Part shown: one piece after another, positions 13,954-26,474 of the stretch
Numbering within the stretch: the stretch's first letter is position 1
Layout of the letters: the number at the start of each line of letters is the position of its first letter
Assembly: GCA_965637545.1 (NCBI GenBank)
Contig: OZ281496.1
Span: 24,366,001-24,430,000, forward strand
DNA length: 64,000 bases
Direction of reading: 5' to 3'
DNA from: Phallusia mammillata
Taxonomy: Eukaryota
Made by a program: the position numbers and the translations under genes
The notes under the pieces: model-generated
Told to the model about the DNA's origin: nothing
The model's input: the letters and a program-made list of their open reading frames with translations, nothing else
Database searches by the model: none

Positions 13954-14751
13954 CAGTTGAACGTGCTCTTGTTAGTTTCGTTTTCCATTTTATTTTCTCT
14001 ATCATTTTACCTAAACATAAACTCTGTATTCAGCGCAAAGACCGAAGGAGAACTTATGATTGTCAGATACACGTTTCGACGTGAATTACTTTACATCAAC
14101 AGTACCCGCTGTGCATAACGCTTACGATATCTAAGCTATAAAGCATTTTTGAAAGTCTCTTAAATAGATTCGTTATTTCAATACACTCTCAAAACTTTCG
14201 GTTTATCGCGTATATGAATTTGAATATATACCAACGACAACGTTAAATATACTAATAGTTCTTTTCGTCCCTGTTTACAAAACTTTTCGAAATTGCGAGG
14301 CGTGTGGGTGATTTCTGTTATTTCCACTTTTGAGTATTTCCGCGCTGGTAAATTGTAATTTAATTCAACTTTGTAATGATGTATGTTCACCCTATGTAAA
14401 ATGAGCATGCAAATTTGTTGATTACAAAAATTCTTGCCAATTGCTTAAATTAGCCATATTTATGTTTTACTCTCATTTAATAGCTGGTAACTTTTTTCAC
14501 ACATTTTGACTTTTCCATTTGGGATTTTCGGGACAGGCCTTCATGTACGTGTAAACAATTTTAGTGCTATTTAGTGAAAACATGTGATGCCATTAGCCAG
14601 TTGCTGGACCTGACCTAATGTCGAACAGCCCTAAAACGCCTTGTTCAAGACCATTTGTCTATTATTGTCTACGTCTACGGTATTGTATTTGTTGTCTTGG
14701 TCTTTTCCTAAAACGTATGGACCTGCTGATCAAACTTTCGGGCCTAAACGG

Positions 14752-15132
14752 TAGGCCTACCATACGTCCTCTTTTTGGAGGACAGGTCCTCCTTTTTAAC
14801 AAAAACCAAGTTGTCCTCCGCGAACAAGAAAAAGTGCCCAAATGTCTCCCTTTTTAAGGAATTTCTGATTTATCAAATACGTATGTGACAATTATGCCTT
14901 TGAAAACAGCCAAATATAGATCTTCAGCTTATTTTTTAAAGAATACAGGTTTTCTTTTTTAAAAATACAAGCTTACTTAATGTTGTGATGCGATAAATGT
15001 TAAACTTTATCCAAACACTTGTATATTGTTTAATTTGTGAAGCTTTTATTTTTGGGGGGGCCCTAAATTATTTTTTTATGTTCTTTTCAACAATGTGTCC
15101 TCCTTTTGGGGGATGGAAATATGGTAGGCCTA
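14752..15132. mobile_element. hAT-like MITE
   Basis: TIR TAGGCCTACCATA / TATGGTAGGCCTA. 8-mer CTAAACGG on both flanks (right copy offset by 2 nt). Confidence 0.6.
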
Positions 15133-15416
15133 TACTAAACGGGCTTTCTAAAAATGATTCGGGTATGTACTTTCGGGTTCGGGCTCCAATTTAGGCCCAT
15201 TTACGCTCGTACAACTCTGAAACGACTAGACCTCGCGGTAGGGATCAATTCAGACGAGCGTTTCCATTCACAAGATATGGTACTGAAGAAACCTTAGACC
15301 AGGGGGTTTGCAACAGGCGCTACGCTTTTCGGAGGGCCTTTGTTATAATGTAATTATTTTTCATCGTATCCCGCTGTTCTGGCGCCTTTTCGCTTGTTGC
15401 TCGCAATCTTCATTCA

Positions 15417-15467
15417 TTGCTCTGATGAAGCCCTACCGATCTGTCTGGTGGGCGAAACGTCAGCCAA
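15417..15467 (+). ncRNA. Minimal type I hammerhead ribozyme motif (Penelope-like-element type)
   Basis: CTGATGA (15422-28), extra A, stem II GCCC.ACC/GGT.GGGC, GAAAC-GTC (predicted cleavage after 15461), short stem I TTGCT/AGCCAA. Confidence 0.6.
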
Positions 15468-17089
15468 AAATACAAGTTATGGACAAATACAACTAAGCTT
15501 ATAGTATTTTTGCTTAACATTACACCATCAGTTGAACGACATATTTGTTAAATATGCAACCTGGTGGACGAAAACGCCTGTTCAGCAGATATTGGACATG
15601 CCATTGATACACCAGTTATTGATGACAGGAAGCGATTGGATTGAAGCGATTATGCTAACCAGCATTTAGTTGATATTGTGAGTTTAGTAGACACAACAGG
15701 TGCTAACAGAGAGGTCTATACAGTCTAAAAACGATCCTAGATACGCCACTGATTGTGATAGCGGATATTCAATTGTTGAACAATGAATGATTGCTCATTG
15801 TTGCATACAATGCGAATGAGACACGAAGCAGCAGCGATGCTAACAACAATGTGTTCCGAAATGGGATATGTAACGTATGACGACTGTATATTTCAGATAG
15901 GCAGTTTGTCTTTTGTTCTTAGGTTTGAATTGAGCGATTGTTGGTGTTGAATGCATTAGTGACGTCTCAATAAATTTAGTTTCGCCACGTTGCATTTTTG
16001 TAAAACTCGACGCCTATTGCAATACATAGTCGTGCGTATTGAGCAACAGTTAGAAACAAAAAAGTTAATTTGATTTCAAAAACGCAGATAACGCTGTTGA
16101 AGTAAATATTCTTTGGGTATAAAGTTGTACTAGTTCTGTGTTGTTTTACTATTGTATTGGTTTGTTCTAACTCATAAAACAGTGAACAAAACTGTATTAA
16201 AATACAACATTTTATTCGCTGCACAAACCTATTGTATTGTTAGCTCCGACAATTTAGTATGTAGCTAAATTTGCACCTGAAAGGATTACATAGGATTTTC
16301 TAATACTATATTTCCACGAAGTCGTTGCAAAACTGAATTAGGAAAACAGCGATAGATTTGCATCGTGAATATTCATTGAAATTCTAAAAAAGATAATAAA
16401 AGTGCAAAAGAAAACAAAAAGCCCTAGTATAAAGTTTGACTGGAATATGTTATAAATCTAATACTGTACGATACGAAGCAGGCTAACAAATACAGGATTT
16501 TGATTTTCTTTTTAAAAACCCGTTTGAACTCAAACCACTGGACTGTGAATGTCTTAGCAAGCCCAAAACTGTTTGAAAAGTTTCAGAAAATGATAAGATC
16601 TTGAGTCTTGTGTAATGTAACCCACAAACCCTTGAGGCGCTGCTGCATTTTATTGTAACGCCATACTATCGCATAAGCCATATTATTTAGACATGACATT
16701 TTACTGTCTTGCATTCTTTGTACCTGTTTCAAAGTGTTTTCCTTCCGCGATTAGTTCATAATTTCATGCAAAAAATTAAAGTGAATTTTGATTATCTTCT
16801 TGCGGTGTTGGTTTAAATAATTTATTCTTTAATTTAAAAAAGAAATAAACTTATAATTTGTTCATATGCTTGAAAACAAGTTTGGAAAACTTGGTTTGCA
16901 GATGCAGATGCAAAGCGAAATCAATTTGTTTGTTTTTTTGAACGAACGTTAACTGATTTTAGCCTAACGTTTCCAACCTTGTCATTTGATATGAATGGTA
17001 AAAATCGTTACAATGATAACAGAATAGACTGATTCCCAAAATCTATTTGCTAGGGTTTATATATGTTTGCAAATTTTTGTTTAGGACTT

Positions 17090-20000
17090 ATGTATCGTAA
17101 GAAGTGTTCTCCTTATGCAATGCATCAAAACAGGCGAATACGTATTCTCCTGTGCTGTTCGCTTGTCACCGTGCTGGCTCTGCACAGATTTTCGAAGATA
17201 TTTGATTCTATTTCGCCGAATCATAAAACTGTGAAATCTACAAGGATTGTCGACGAACGATTGCACAGCAGCCCTCGAAAGGACGAATCCAAACTTGTAT
17301 GCGCATGTTTTTATATTTATATTTATTTCGGCAAATGAAATTTAAGTCAACTGACAGTACACACACATTTGCAAATGTGATGTCGGTTTTTCGGGTTGAC
17401 TTCCGGGTTGATTTTGAGTAAAATGTGCTTGAATTGGGCCTTTACCCTCGGCCTCATTTGATGCGCAATTTTACCAATTTTCGGTTTTGTTTTTGAAAAA
17501 AAAAACTGGTAACGTTTTATCACCCGATTTATTTTCATTTTTGGGGCTCGCACCGGCTACAACTCAGGTGTGCAATCGGTCTACAAGAGACATTTTAACA
17601 AATTACGCTGATCTACACATTGTGAAAAATCTAAGGTGCTGTGAGATTGGGTTCATCTTAAAGTTTGGTAAAGTTCCCAAGCAACCCTATATACAACCAT
17701 TGTATTTCTAAAACTTGTATATTGCACGGTAAATACCGCATGCACTTTTGGTAAACCATTGGAGGAGTTTCCGACTATTATTTCTTTTGTTAGGTTACGC
17801 ACATGTATGAATCAGAGAAGGAGTTTATGATACGTATGTCACTGCTAATGAAGCAGAGGAAAGATCTGCTACAGAAGACCTGCAAACAGCTTGGTAAGTG
17901 CTAAAAATGCTGAATCAATAAATTGATTTCCCCGCTTTGTGTAACTGTTTTACTTGAACAAAAAACCATAACTTTATCTGCATAAATCAGTGGTTCTCAA
18001 ACTCTATCCTTATTTTTTCAAAACGGTCCCTTTGCCATGATTTCGAGGGCTCGCGGTCCTTGAATCTGAATGTGTATTTCAGAAAAACGAAAGTTGATTG
18101 CAGGATTTTAGCTAGTTGTGCAAAACTGCGCATAACAATGATCCAAAAACAGCATCTGACATCACAGACAAGACAAAAAAACATTACGATTGTGCGCGAA
18201 CAATTGCATTTTTGTTAGTTGCTACGCAATAAAGGCTGTTGTTTATAGTAATGGAGACAATCGATTCTCAATTCTACTTTGATTTAACCTTTTGCCAAAT
18301 AAGATTATAGAATTACTTTAACCTTTTCGCGGTCCCCCAAAGTTGCCTCACGGACCCCTAAGGACCGCGGACCCCAGTTTGAGAACCGCTGGTATAAATG
18401 ATTCCTTTTGTGACAAAAATGACTATCAAACCTTGTCACAGAAAACAAGCGATATATGCATCAAAATAATTTCCCCTTATGCAAAGATAAGCTTACTGCT
18501 AGTGGTGTTGGTTTGGCGAAGATGTTTTCAGGTCATTTATGATTTTTTTTAACTGGATGCAAAGTAAACATATTGGCCGTATGTACGAATTTTGTAGACT
18601 TAATCCATATTGTATGGTGCTAATTTTCGTTCCGTGCAGGCTTACACAAGTCATCTTTTCAACAGCAACTGCTGATGGTTATCAAAGAATATAAACTACT
18701 GCACTGCAGAGTACCCAAAGCTGGCTCGACCAGTATGGATGTGGTACTTACACAGATTCTCGACAAAGTGAAAACGGTAAATTTTGTTAACCCTGACAAC
18801 ATTCATAGGCAACCATTTAAAAGGGTTTAATAGCATATGTAAAGACACACGGCCAAGAAAGCCTAAGAGTTCTTAAATTTCTCTTAAAAATGCCCTTGGA
18901 TTAATCGGTGGACCAAATTATCCTACCTACGTTTTAATGTTTGCACAAATAAACTTGTTTCTTTACTGATGCATTTTTTAGACTAACGATCCCCATGGAA
19001 TCGAACGCAGAACCGAGCAGTATTTCCAGACAGCTAAAAATACCACTGGCTTCTTAAGGTCCATTATTGTGCGAGAGCCGTACGATCGATTAGTATCCGC
19101 TTACAAACGAAAGATTCGTGGCAGAAGTATGTAATTCATGTTGTATTTTTTGTGCAAAACGAATAGGTGTCCCTGACAATTAAGGACAAGATACTTCAAA
19201 ATGAAATTTGTTTTAGTTGTATAATAAGTCAACTGTGCATTCACAGTTATGTTTTTAATTATTTTTTTAACTTCAAATGCTTTTATTTATTTATTATTTG
19301 TTTACCCGTTAAACCTGCCTCTTGGGGTTTGCGAATCCAAAGTTGGAAACCTCTGTATAGAAAGTTGTTTTGTGGTTTACTGAAACATTATAGGCAACTA
19401 CTCAGCACTGCTGCTGCTTATTTAGATGCCAACGGTCGAATAAACACTTCGTGGGATAAACGGTCTCTGGTCCCCTACAACGTCACCTTTGACCAGTTTA
19501 TTGAACACGTCACCTATCCGGGGCGCAGGCAAACGCAATTTGAGCGACATTGGAGCACATTTATACAACTCTGTCAGCCTTGTCATATTAATTATGACGT
19601 AATTGGTCGTTTGGAGACCATAGAAGAAGACTCGAGGTTTGTATTTGTTGAACTTTGGATTTGGCGTTGAACTATATAGAAATGTTAGGTTCTTCCCCAA
19701 GAATTTACTGACTCAGTAAAGTAGAAGAACACGGTTATTAAAAAAATGGGTTTCACTACATTTAAAAAAAACGCCTTTGACACTTCACTTAATAATTTTG
19801 TACATGCTAATCCGGTTGGTCTGTCGTGGGCATAGTTTACTGTACAAAAAAATACTAAACCATCAATTAACTTATTGATAGTTATCGCTAAAACCATAGT
19901 CGTTTAAATTTTGGCCCAATATACATAACCAGAAAAAAGTATTTTCATTAGTGCTCGTGAGCTTTCTGAGTTAAAAAACGTTTTAATAAGTCAATAAAAC

Positions 20001-20217
20001 ATCCAAAAATGTCTTTTTCAGATACCTATTAAACCTTATTGGTGCGCCAAGAAACATAACGTTTCCGAACATGAACAGCTACGAAGACCCTGACTACAAG
20101 TTGACGTTTGCAAACGTAACTAGACGAAACTTGGAATCGCTGCGTAAAATGTTTTTGAACGACTACAAATTGTTTAACTACAGTTTTCCAAGTGATCTGG
20201 GACAAAGCACAGAGTGA
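17090..20217 (+). CDS. Carbohydrate sulfotransferase (HNK-1ST/CHST8-14 family) copy 1, ~331 aa; exons 17090-17296, 17794-17893, 18640-18776, 18982-19126, 19426-19636, 20022-20217
   Basis: Type II TM; 5'-PSB motif CRVPKAGST; 3'-PB motif VREPYDRLVSAY; HW....LCQPCHINYDVIGRLET; DYKLFNY C-terminus. Phases are consistent. Confidence 0.88.
17988..18391. mobile_element. hAT-like MITE in intron 2 of sulfotransferase copy 1
   Basis: TIR CAGTGGTTCTCAAACT / AGTTTGAGAACCGCTG; TSD GCATAAAT/GTATAAAT. The paralogous site in copy 2 (~23955) is empty, with a single GTATAAAT. Confidence 0.85.
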
Positions 20218-23035
20218 ATATTATTATGTTTTTTTCTCGGCAAGTCCCATCATGCGCGATTACAGCCGAACAAATGTGTATTCGTTAAGGAATTTGAAAA
20301 GCCCGGTATAACACTTTGCCTGCTTGCTTTTATCCTGCTTCATTCAAATCTTTCATTGCACTACTACTGTCTATATGATTTATCTTCAATTTTTTAACAC
20401 AAACATTTTCTTCATTTACAGCGTTGGATTTTTGCGCATGTAGGCCTATCATGTCATGTTTTAATTCATGTATTTGGAGTTTTTAACTTAACTGTGTTGC
20501 GTGTTCAACAATAAATCCATTGGGTCAACAGCAATAAAACTTGGTTTGTTGTGATTTACAACGCACAGACAAAAAAATATCTGATGTTTACAATTTCTAT
20601 ATTTTCAAACCCAGCGCTCATACGAAAAGTTGATCATCTAATTTGGGACTTCCCAAAATTTTGCCGTTGTTATTGTTTAATGTGGCTAATAATACAATAC
20701 CATATGACCAGACTTGGACAACTAGATAATTCTAGTTGTCTAATTCGGCAAATTAGAGCAAAATGGCGGTAATTATAGTTCTAATCTAATTTAGAATTAT
20801 CGAGTAAGCTCTAATTCTAATTCTAATCTAATTCACAGTTTTCTCAAAATCGCTAGTTTGTCCAACGGCACTTCTAGGCACGTGATCTGAGCATGCATTT
20901 TGTAACCAAAGCGCACAAAAGCATGCAATTAACAAGACCAAACTAAATCACTGAAACACGTTTTTTAGAGAAATTTGGCACTCAGCTCCGTCCGAACACG
21001 TTTTAGATGCACCGAATCGTATTTTATTAAACTTGCAAATCTACACGTTCAAATTTGAAACAAACTAGAGTTGGTTGGCTTAAATCTAATTCTAGTTTAG
21101 TTTCTGGCAGAAACTACAAGTTGACGTTTGCATACGGTATGACGACTGTATATTTCATATAGGTAGTTTGTCTTTTGGTCTTGGGTTTGAATTGAGCGAT
21201 TGTTGGTGTTGAACGCATTAGTGACGTCTCAATAAATTTAGTTTCGCCACCTTGCATTTTTGTAAAACTCGACGCCTAAGTATACAATTTTCGTCAAGTT
21301 AGAGAAGAAAGATTTCAGTACCTCACCAGACACGAATCTCACCAAACGTTACTGGTAGAAAGTGAAAAAAAATACTTTAATTTATATGTTTTTGTTTGTG
21401 GGATTCGTTGAAATTAAAGTTTGTGTGTGTTAGACAGTACAAACCAAATTTTGTCATTATTGTGTTTGTGCGCGACATTTAGAATAAATCTGGCTAAGCA
21501 CACGTCTATATGTTTGTGAGGAAGGGACGAAGCAATGAACATCAGAACATGTGTGCCCATGTGTAATGTGGCTCTTTGTGGTAACACAGTAACAAATGTG
21601 GCTCTTAGGCTTTGACCGATTGGCCACCCCTGCCTTAGCCCGTGAGTTCAACTATGAAGTATATGTACGGGATAATAGATTTTAAATATAGTTTTTAAAA
21701 TTTGCTAAGCCAAGTATATAGTATATAATTTGTAGCAAGTAGTTACGTGTTCCATCCATATATATGGTTCCCTATTTCTAACTCATAATCATAGTTCCTG
21801 AAAGTTAAACATATAATTAAACGCAAACCTCACGTCAAATGCACCTTTGCTTTGTGGCTGCTTAGCCCGGGGCAAAATCGAACACACACGTTATAAATTT
21901 GCCAGACTTTATTTTCCTAATCTTCCGAATTCCTATGTTGACAGCAGATTGGAGTGGTTGATTGCAATAGTCGTGCGTTTTGAGCAACAGTCAGAAACAA
22001 AAAAGTTAATTTGATTTTTAAAACGCAGATAACGCTGCTGCAGTAAATATTCTTTGGGTATAAAGTTGTACTAATTATGTGTTGTTTTACTATAATATTG
22101 GTTTGTTCTAACTCATAAAACAGTGAACAAAACTGTATTTAAATACAACATTTTATTCGCTGCACAAACCTATATTGTATTGTCAGCTCCGACAATTTAG
22201 TATGTAGCTAAATTTGCACCTGAAAGGATTAGGATTTTCTAATACTTATTCAAAGGTATTTCTACGAAGTCGTTGCAAAACTGAATTAGGAAAACAGCGA
22301 TATATTTCCATCGTGAATATTCATTGAAATTCTAAAAATATAATAAAAGTGCAAAAGAATACAAAAAGCCCTGGTAAAAAGTTTGACTGGAATATGTTAT
22401 AAATCTAATACTGTACGATACGAAGCAGGCTAACAAATACAGGATTTTGATTTTCTTTTTAAAAACTCGTTTGAACTCAAACCACTGGACTGTGAATGTC
22501 TTAGCAAGCCCAAAACTGTATGAAAAGTTTCAGAAAATGATAAGATCTTGAGTCTTGTGTAATGTAACCCACAAACCCTTGAGGCGCTGCTGCATTTTAA
22601 TGTAACGCCATACTGTCGCATAAGCCATTTTATTTAGACATGACATTTTGCTGTCTTGCATTCTTTGTACCTGTTTCAAAGTGTTTTCCTTCCGCGATTA
22701 GTTTATAACTTTATGCAAAGAATTGAAGTGAATTTTGATTATCTTCTTGAAGTGTTAGTTCAAATAATTTATTCTTTAATTTTTAAAACGAAATAAACTT
22801 ATAATTTGTTCATGTATGCTTGAAAACAAGTTTGAAAAACTTGGTTTGCAGATGCAGATGCTAAGCGAAATCAATTTGTTTTGTTTTGAACAAAAGTTAA
22901 CTGATTTTAGCCTAACGTTTCCAACCTTGTCATTTAATATGAATGGTGGAAATCGTTACAAGAATGATAGAATAGACAGATTCCCAAAATCAATTTGCTA
23001 GGGTTTATATATGTTTGCAATTTTTTTTAGGACTT

Positions 23036-25784
23036 ATGTATTGTAAGAAGTGTTCTCCTTATGTAATGCATCAAAACAGGCGAATATGTATTCTCTTGTG
23101 CGTTTCGCTTGTCACCATGCTGGCTCTGCACTTCAGATTTTCGAAGATATTTGATTCTATTTCGCCGAATCATAAAACTGTGAAATCTACAAGGATTGTC
23201 GACGAGCGATTGCACAGCAGCCCTCGGAAGGACGAATCCAAACTTGTATGCTCTTATTTTTGGATTTATATTTTTTTCGCCAAATTTGATTAAAGTTAAC
23301 TGACAGTACACATTTACACAGTTGTAAATGTGATGTCGGGTTTACGGGTTGACTTCCGCGTTTTGAGTAAAATGGACTTGATTTCAGCCTCATTTGGTGC
23401 CGCAATTTCAACAATTTTCTAGTTTTGTTTTTGAAAAAAATCGGGCAATTTTTTATAACTCAAAATGTGTGGCCTTGCATGTTTTGGGTTCGGGCTTTCG
23501 GCTTGTTGGGTGTAGACCGGTTACAAGTTTACAAATCCGGTGTGCTATCGGCCTACAAGAGACGTTTGACCGAATTATGCTGATCCCTGCATGCTAAAAA
23601 TCTATGTTGCAATGTGATATTGAACTCATCTTAAATTTAGCTAAAGGTCTTAAACCACCCAACAGCAACATTGCATTTTTAAAGCTTAGTGTGTTGTTAA
23701 TTGCACGGTAAAGACCGCGTGCACTTTTGGTAAACCAGTGGAGGAGTTTCTGACTGTTGTTTCTTTTGTTAGGTTACGCACATGTATGAATCAGAGAAGG
23801 AGTTTATGATACGTATGTCACTGCGAATGAAACAGAGAAAAGATCTGCTACAGAAGACCTGCAAACAGCTTGGTAAGTGCTAAAAAATAAAAAAATGGTT
23901 TTCCCGCTGTGTGTAACTGTTTTACTTAAACAAGAAACCATAAATTTAGCAGTATAAATGAATTCCTTTTATGACAAAAATGACTATCAAACCTTGTCAC
24001 AGAAAACGAGTTATATATGCATCGGAATAATTTCCCCTTAAACAAAAATAAACTAATTACTGTTAGTGGTGTTGGTTTGGCGAAGATGTTTTCAGGTCAT
24101 TTATGATTTTTTTTAACTGGATGCAAAGTAAACATATTGGCCACATATGTACGACATATGTACGAATTTTGTAGACTTAATCCATATTGTATGGTGCTAA
24201 TTTTCGTTCCGTGCAGGCTTACACAAGTCATCTTTTCAACAGCAACTGCTGATGGTTATCAAAGAATATAAACTACTGCACTGCAGAGTACCCAAAGCTG
24301 GCTCGACCAGTATGGATGTGGTACTTACACAGATTCTCGACAAGGTGAAAAAGGTAAATTTTGTTAACCCTGACAACATTCATCCATTTAAAAGGGTTTA
24401 ATAGCATATGTAAAGACACACGGCCAAGAAAGCCTAAGCGTTCTCAAAATTCTCTTAAAAACGCCCTTGGATTAATCGGTGGACCAAATTATCCTACCTA
24501 CGTTTTAATGTTTGCACAAATAAACTTGTTTCTTTACTGATGCATTTTTTAGACTAACGATCCCCATGGAATCGAAGGCAGAACCGAGCAGCATTTCCAG
24601 ACAGCTAAAAATACCACTGGCTTCTTAAGGTCCATTATTGTGCGAGAGCCGTACGATCGATTAGTATCCGCTTACAAACGAAAGATTCATGGCAAAAGTA
24701 AATGATTTATTATGTATTTTTTGTGCAAAAACGAATAGATGTTTCCAGACAATTAAGATGAGATATTTCAAATTGGAATTTGATTTATCATAAATCAACT
24801 TTGCATTAATTGTTATTGTGTTTTTTTCAATATTTTTTTAACTTCAAATGCTTTTATTTATTTATTATTTGTTTACCTGTTATACCTGTCTCTTGGGGTT
24901 TGCGAATCCAAAGTTGGAAACCTCTGTATAGAAAGTTGTTTTGTGGTTTACTGAAACATTATAGGCAACTACTCAGCACTGCTGCTGCTTATTTAGATGC
25001 CACCGGTCGAATAAACACTTCGTGGGATAAACCGTCTCTGGTCCCCTACAATGTCACCTTTGACCAGTTTATTGAACACGTCACCTATCCGGGGCGCAGG
25101 CAAACGCAATTTGAGCGACATTGGAGCACATTTATACAACTCTGTCAGCCTTGTCATATTAATTATGACGTAATTGGTCGTTTGGAGACCATAGAAGAAG
25201 ACTCGAGGTTTGTATTTGTTGAACTGTGGATTTGGCGTTGAACTATATAGAAATGTTAGGTTCTTCCCCAAGAATTTACTGACTCAGTAGAGTCAAAGAA
25301 CACGGCTTTTTAATAAAGGGGTTTCACTACATTTTTTCAACGCACCTTTATACACTTCACTTAATAATTTTGTACATGCAAATCCGATTGGTCTGTCGTG
25401 GGCATAGTTTACTGTAAAAAAACACGATCAGTATAGTTATTGATAGTTGTCGTTAAAACCATAGTCGTGTAAATTTTGGCCCAAATATACATAACCAGAA
25501 AAAAGTATTTTAATTAGTGTTGGTGAGCTTTCTGAGTTCAAAAACGTTTTAATAAAGCAATAAAACATCCAAAAATGTATTTTTTCAGATATCTATTAAA
25601 CCTTATTGGCGCGCCAAGAAACATAACGTTTCCGAACATGAACAGCCATCAAGACCCTGACTACAAGTTGACGTTTGCAAACGTAACTAGACGAAACTTG
25701 GAATCGTTGCGCAAAATGTTTCTAAACGACTACAGATTGTTTAACTACAGTTTTCCAACTGATCTCAGACAAAGCACAAAATGA
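23036..25784 (+). CDS. Carbohydrate sulfotransferase (HNK-1ST/CHST8-14 family) copy 2, ~332 aa; exons 23036-23245, 23773-23872, 24217-24353, 24553-24697, 24997-25207, 25589-25784
   Basis: Same motifs and exon structure as copy 1; frame intact. Confidence 0.88.
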
Positions 25785-26474
25785 ACACTATGATTTTTCT
25801 GGGCCAGTTCAAGACCTTGTGATAACAGCCGCGACCAAATACGTACATTTGTTAATGAATTTTAAAAGCTTTCATTTTGCCTGATTGTTTTCAGCATGCT
25901 ACTTTCAAATATTTTATTGCACTAATGCTGTCTAAGCTTATATGATTTATCTTCAATTTTTTAATACAAACATTTTCAATTTATTTACAGCATTGGATTT
26001 TTGCGCATGTAGGCCTATCATGTCATGTTTTATGTATTTGTAGTTTTAAACTTAACTGTGTTGTGTGTTCAACAATAAATCCATTGGGTCAACAGCAATA
26101 AAACTTGGTTTGTTGTGATTTACAACGCACAGACAAAAAAATATCTGATGTTTACAATTTCTATATTTTTAAACCCAGCGCTCATACGAAAAGTTGTTCA
26201 TCTAATTTGGGACTTCCCAAAATTTTGCCGTTGTTATTGTTTTGTGTGGCTAATGATACGATACGTGTGTAAAATACAGTTTTGTGAAACTATTTAAGGA
26301 ATCAAGCAGGTCATTTGAAAAAAAAGATTTGTTTTCGAATGCCTTGATCTCCTTGTTTTTATGTTTTCTTTTATTTGCAAATCTTGTTAATCAATGACCG
26401 TTAATGCTAAAGTTGTGTTAACAATTGACATTCTGAAATATAAAACTTCATTAAATTTTGTGTATGTTCAGAAC

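Larger units (their letters stand above)
15875..26264 (+). repeat. Tandem segmental duplication (copy 1 ~15875-20700, copy 2 ~21137-26264), each copy holding one sulfotransferase gene
   Basis: Colinear, highly similar upstream, exon, intron and 3' sequence, with copy-specific indels (404-bp MITE in copy 1; ~683 bp at 21279-21961 only in copy 2). Confidence 0.92.

Noticed and set aside
14040-14110. Hammerhead-like remnants on the minus strand here and at ~60503-60545
   Set aside because: GAAACGT is present but the CUGANGA box is mutated and stems are poor.
19167-19425. N-terminal parts of ORFs 19167-19670 and 24810-25241
   Set aside because: Intronic read-through; the phase-1 acceptor is TATTTAG at 19425 / 24996.
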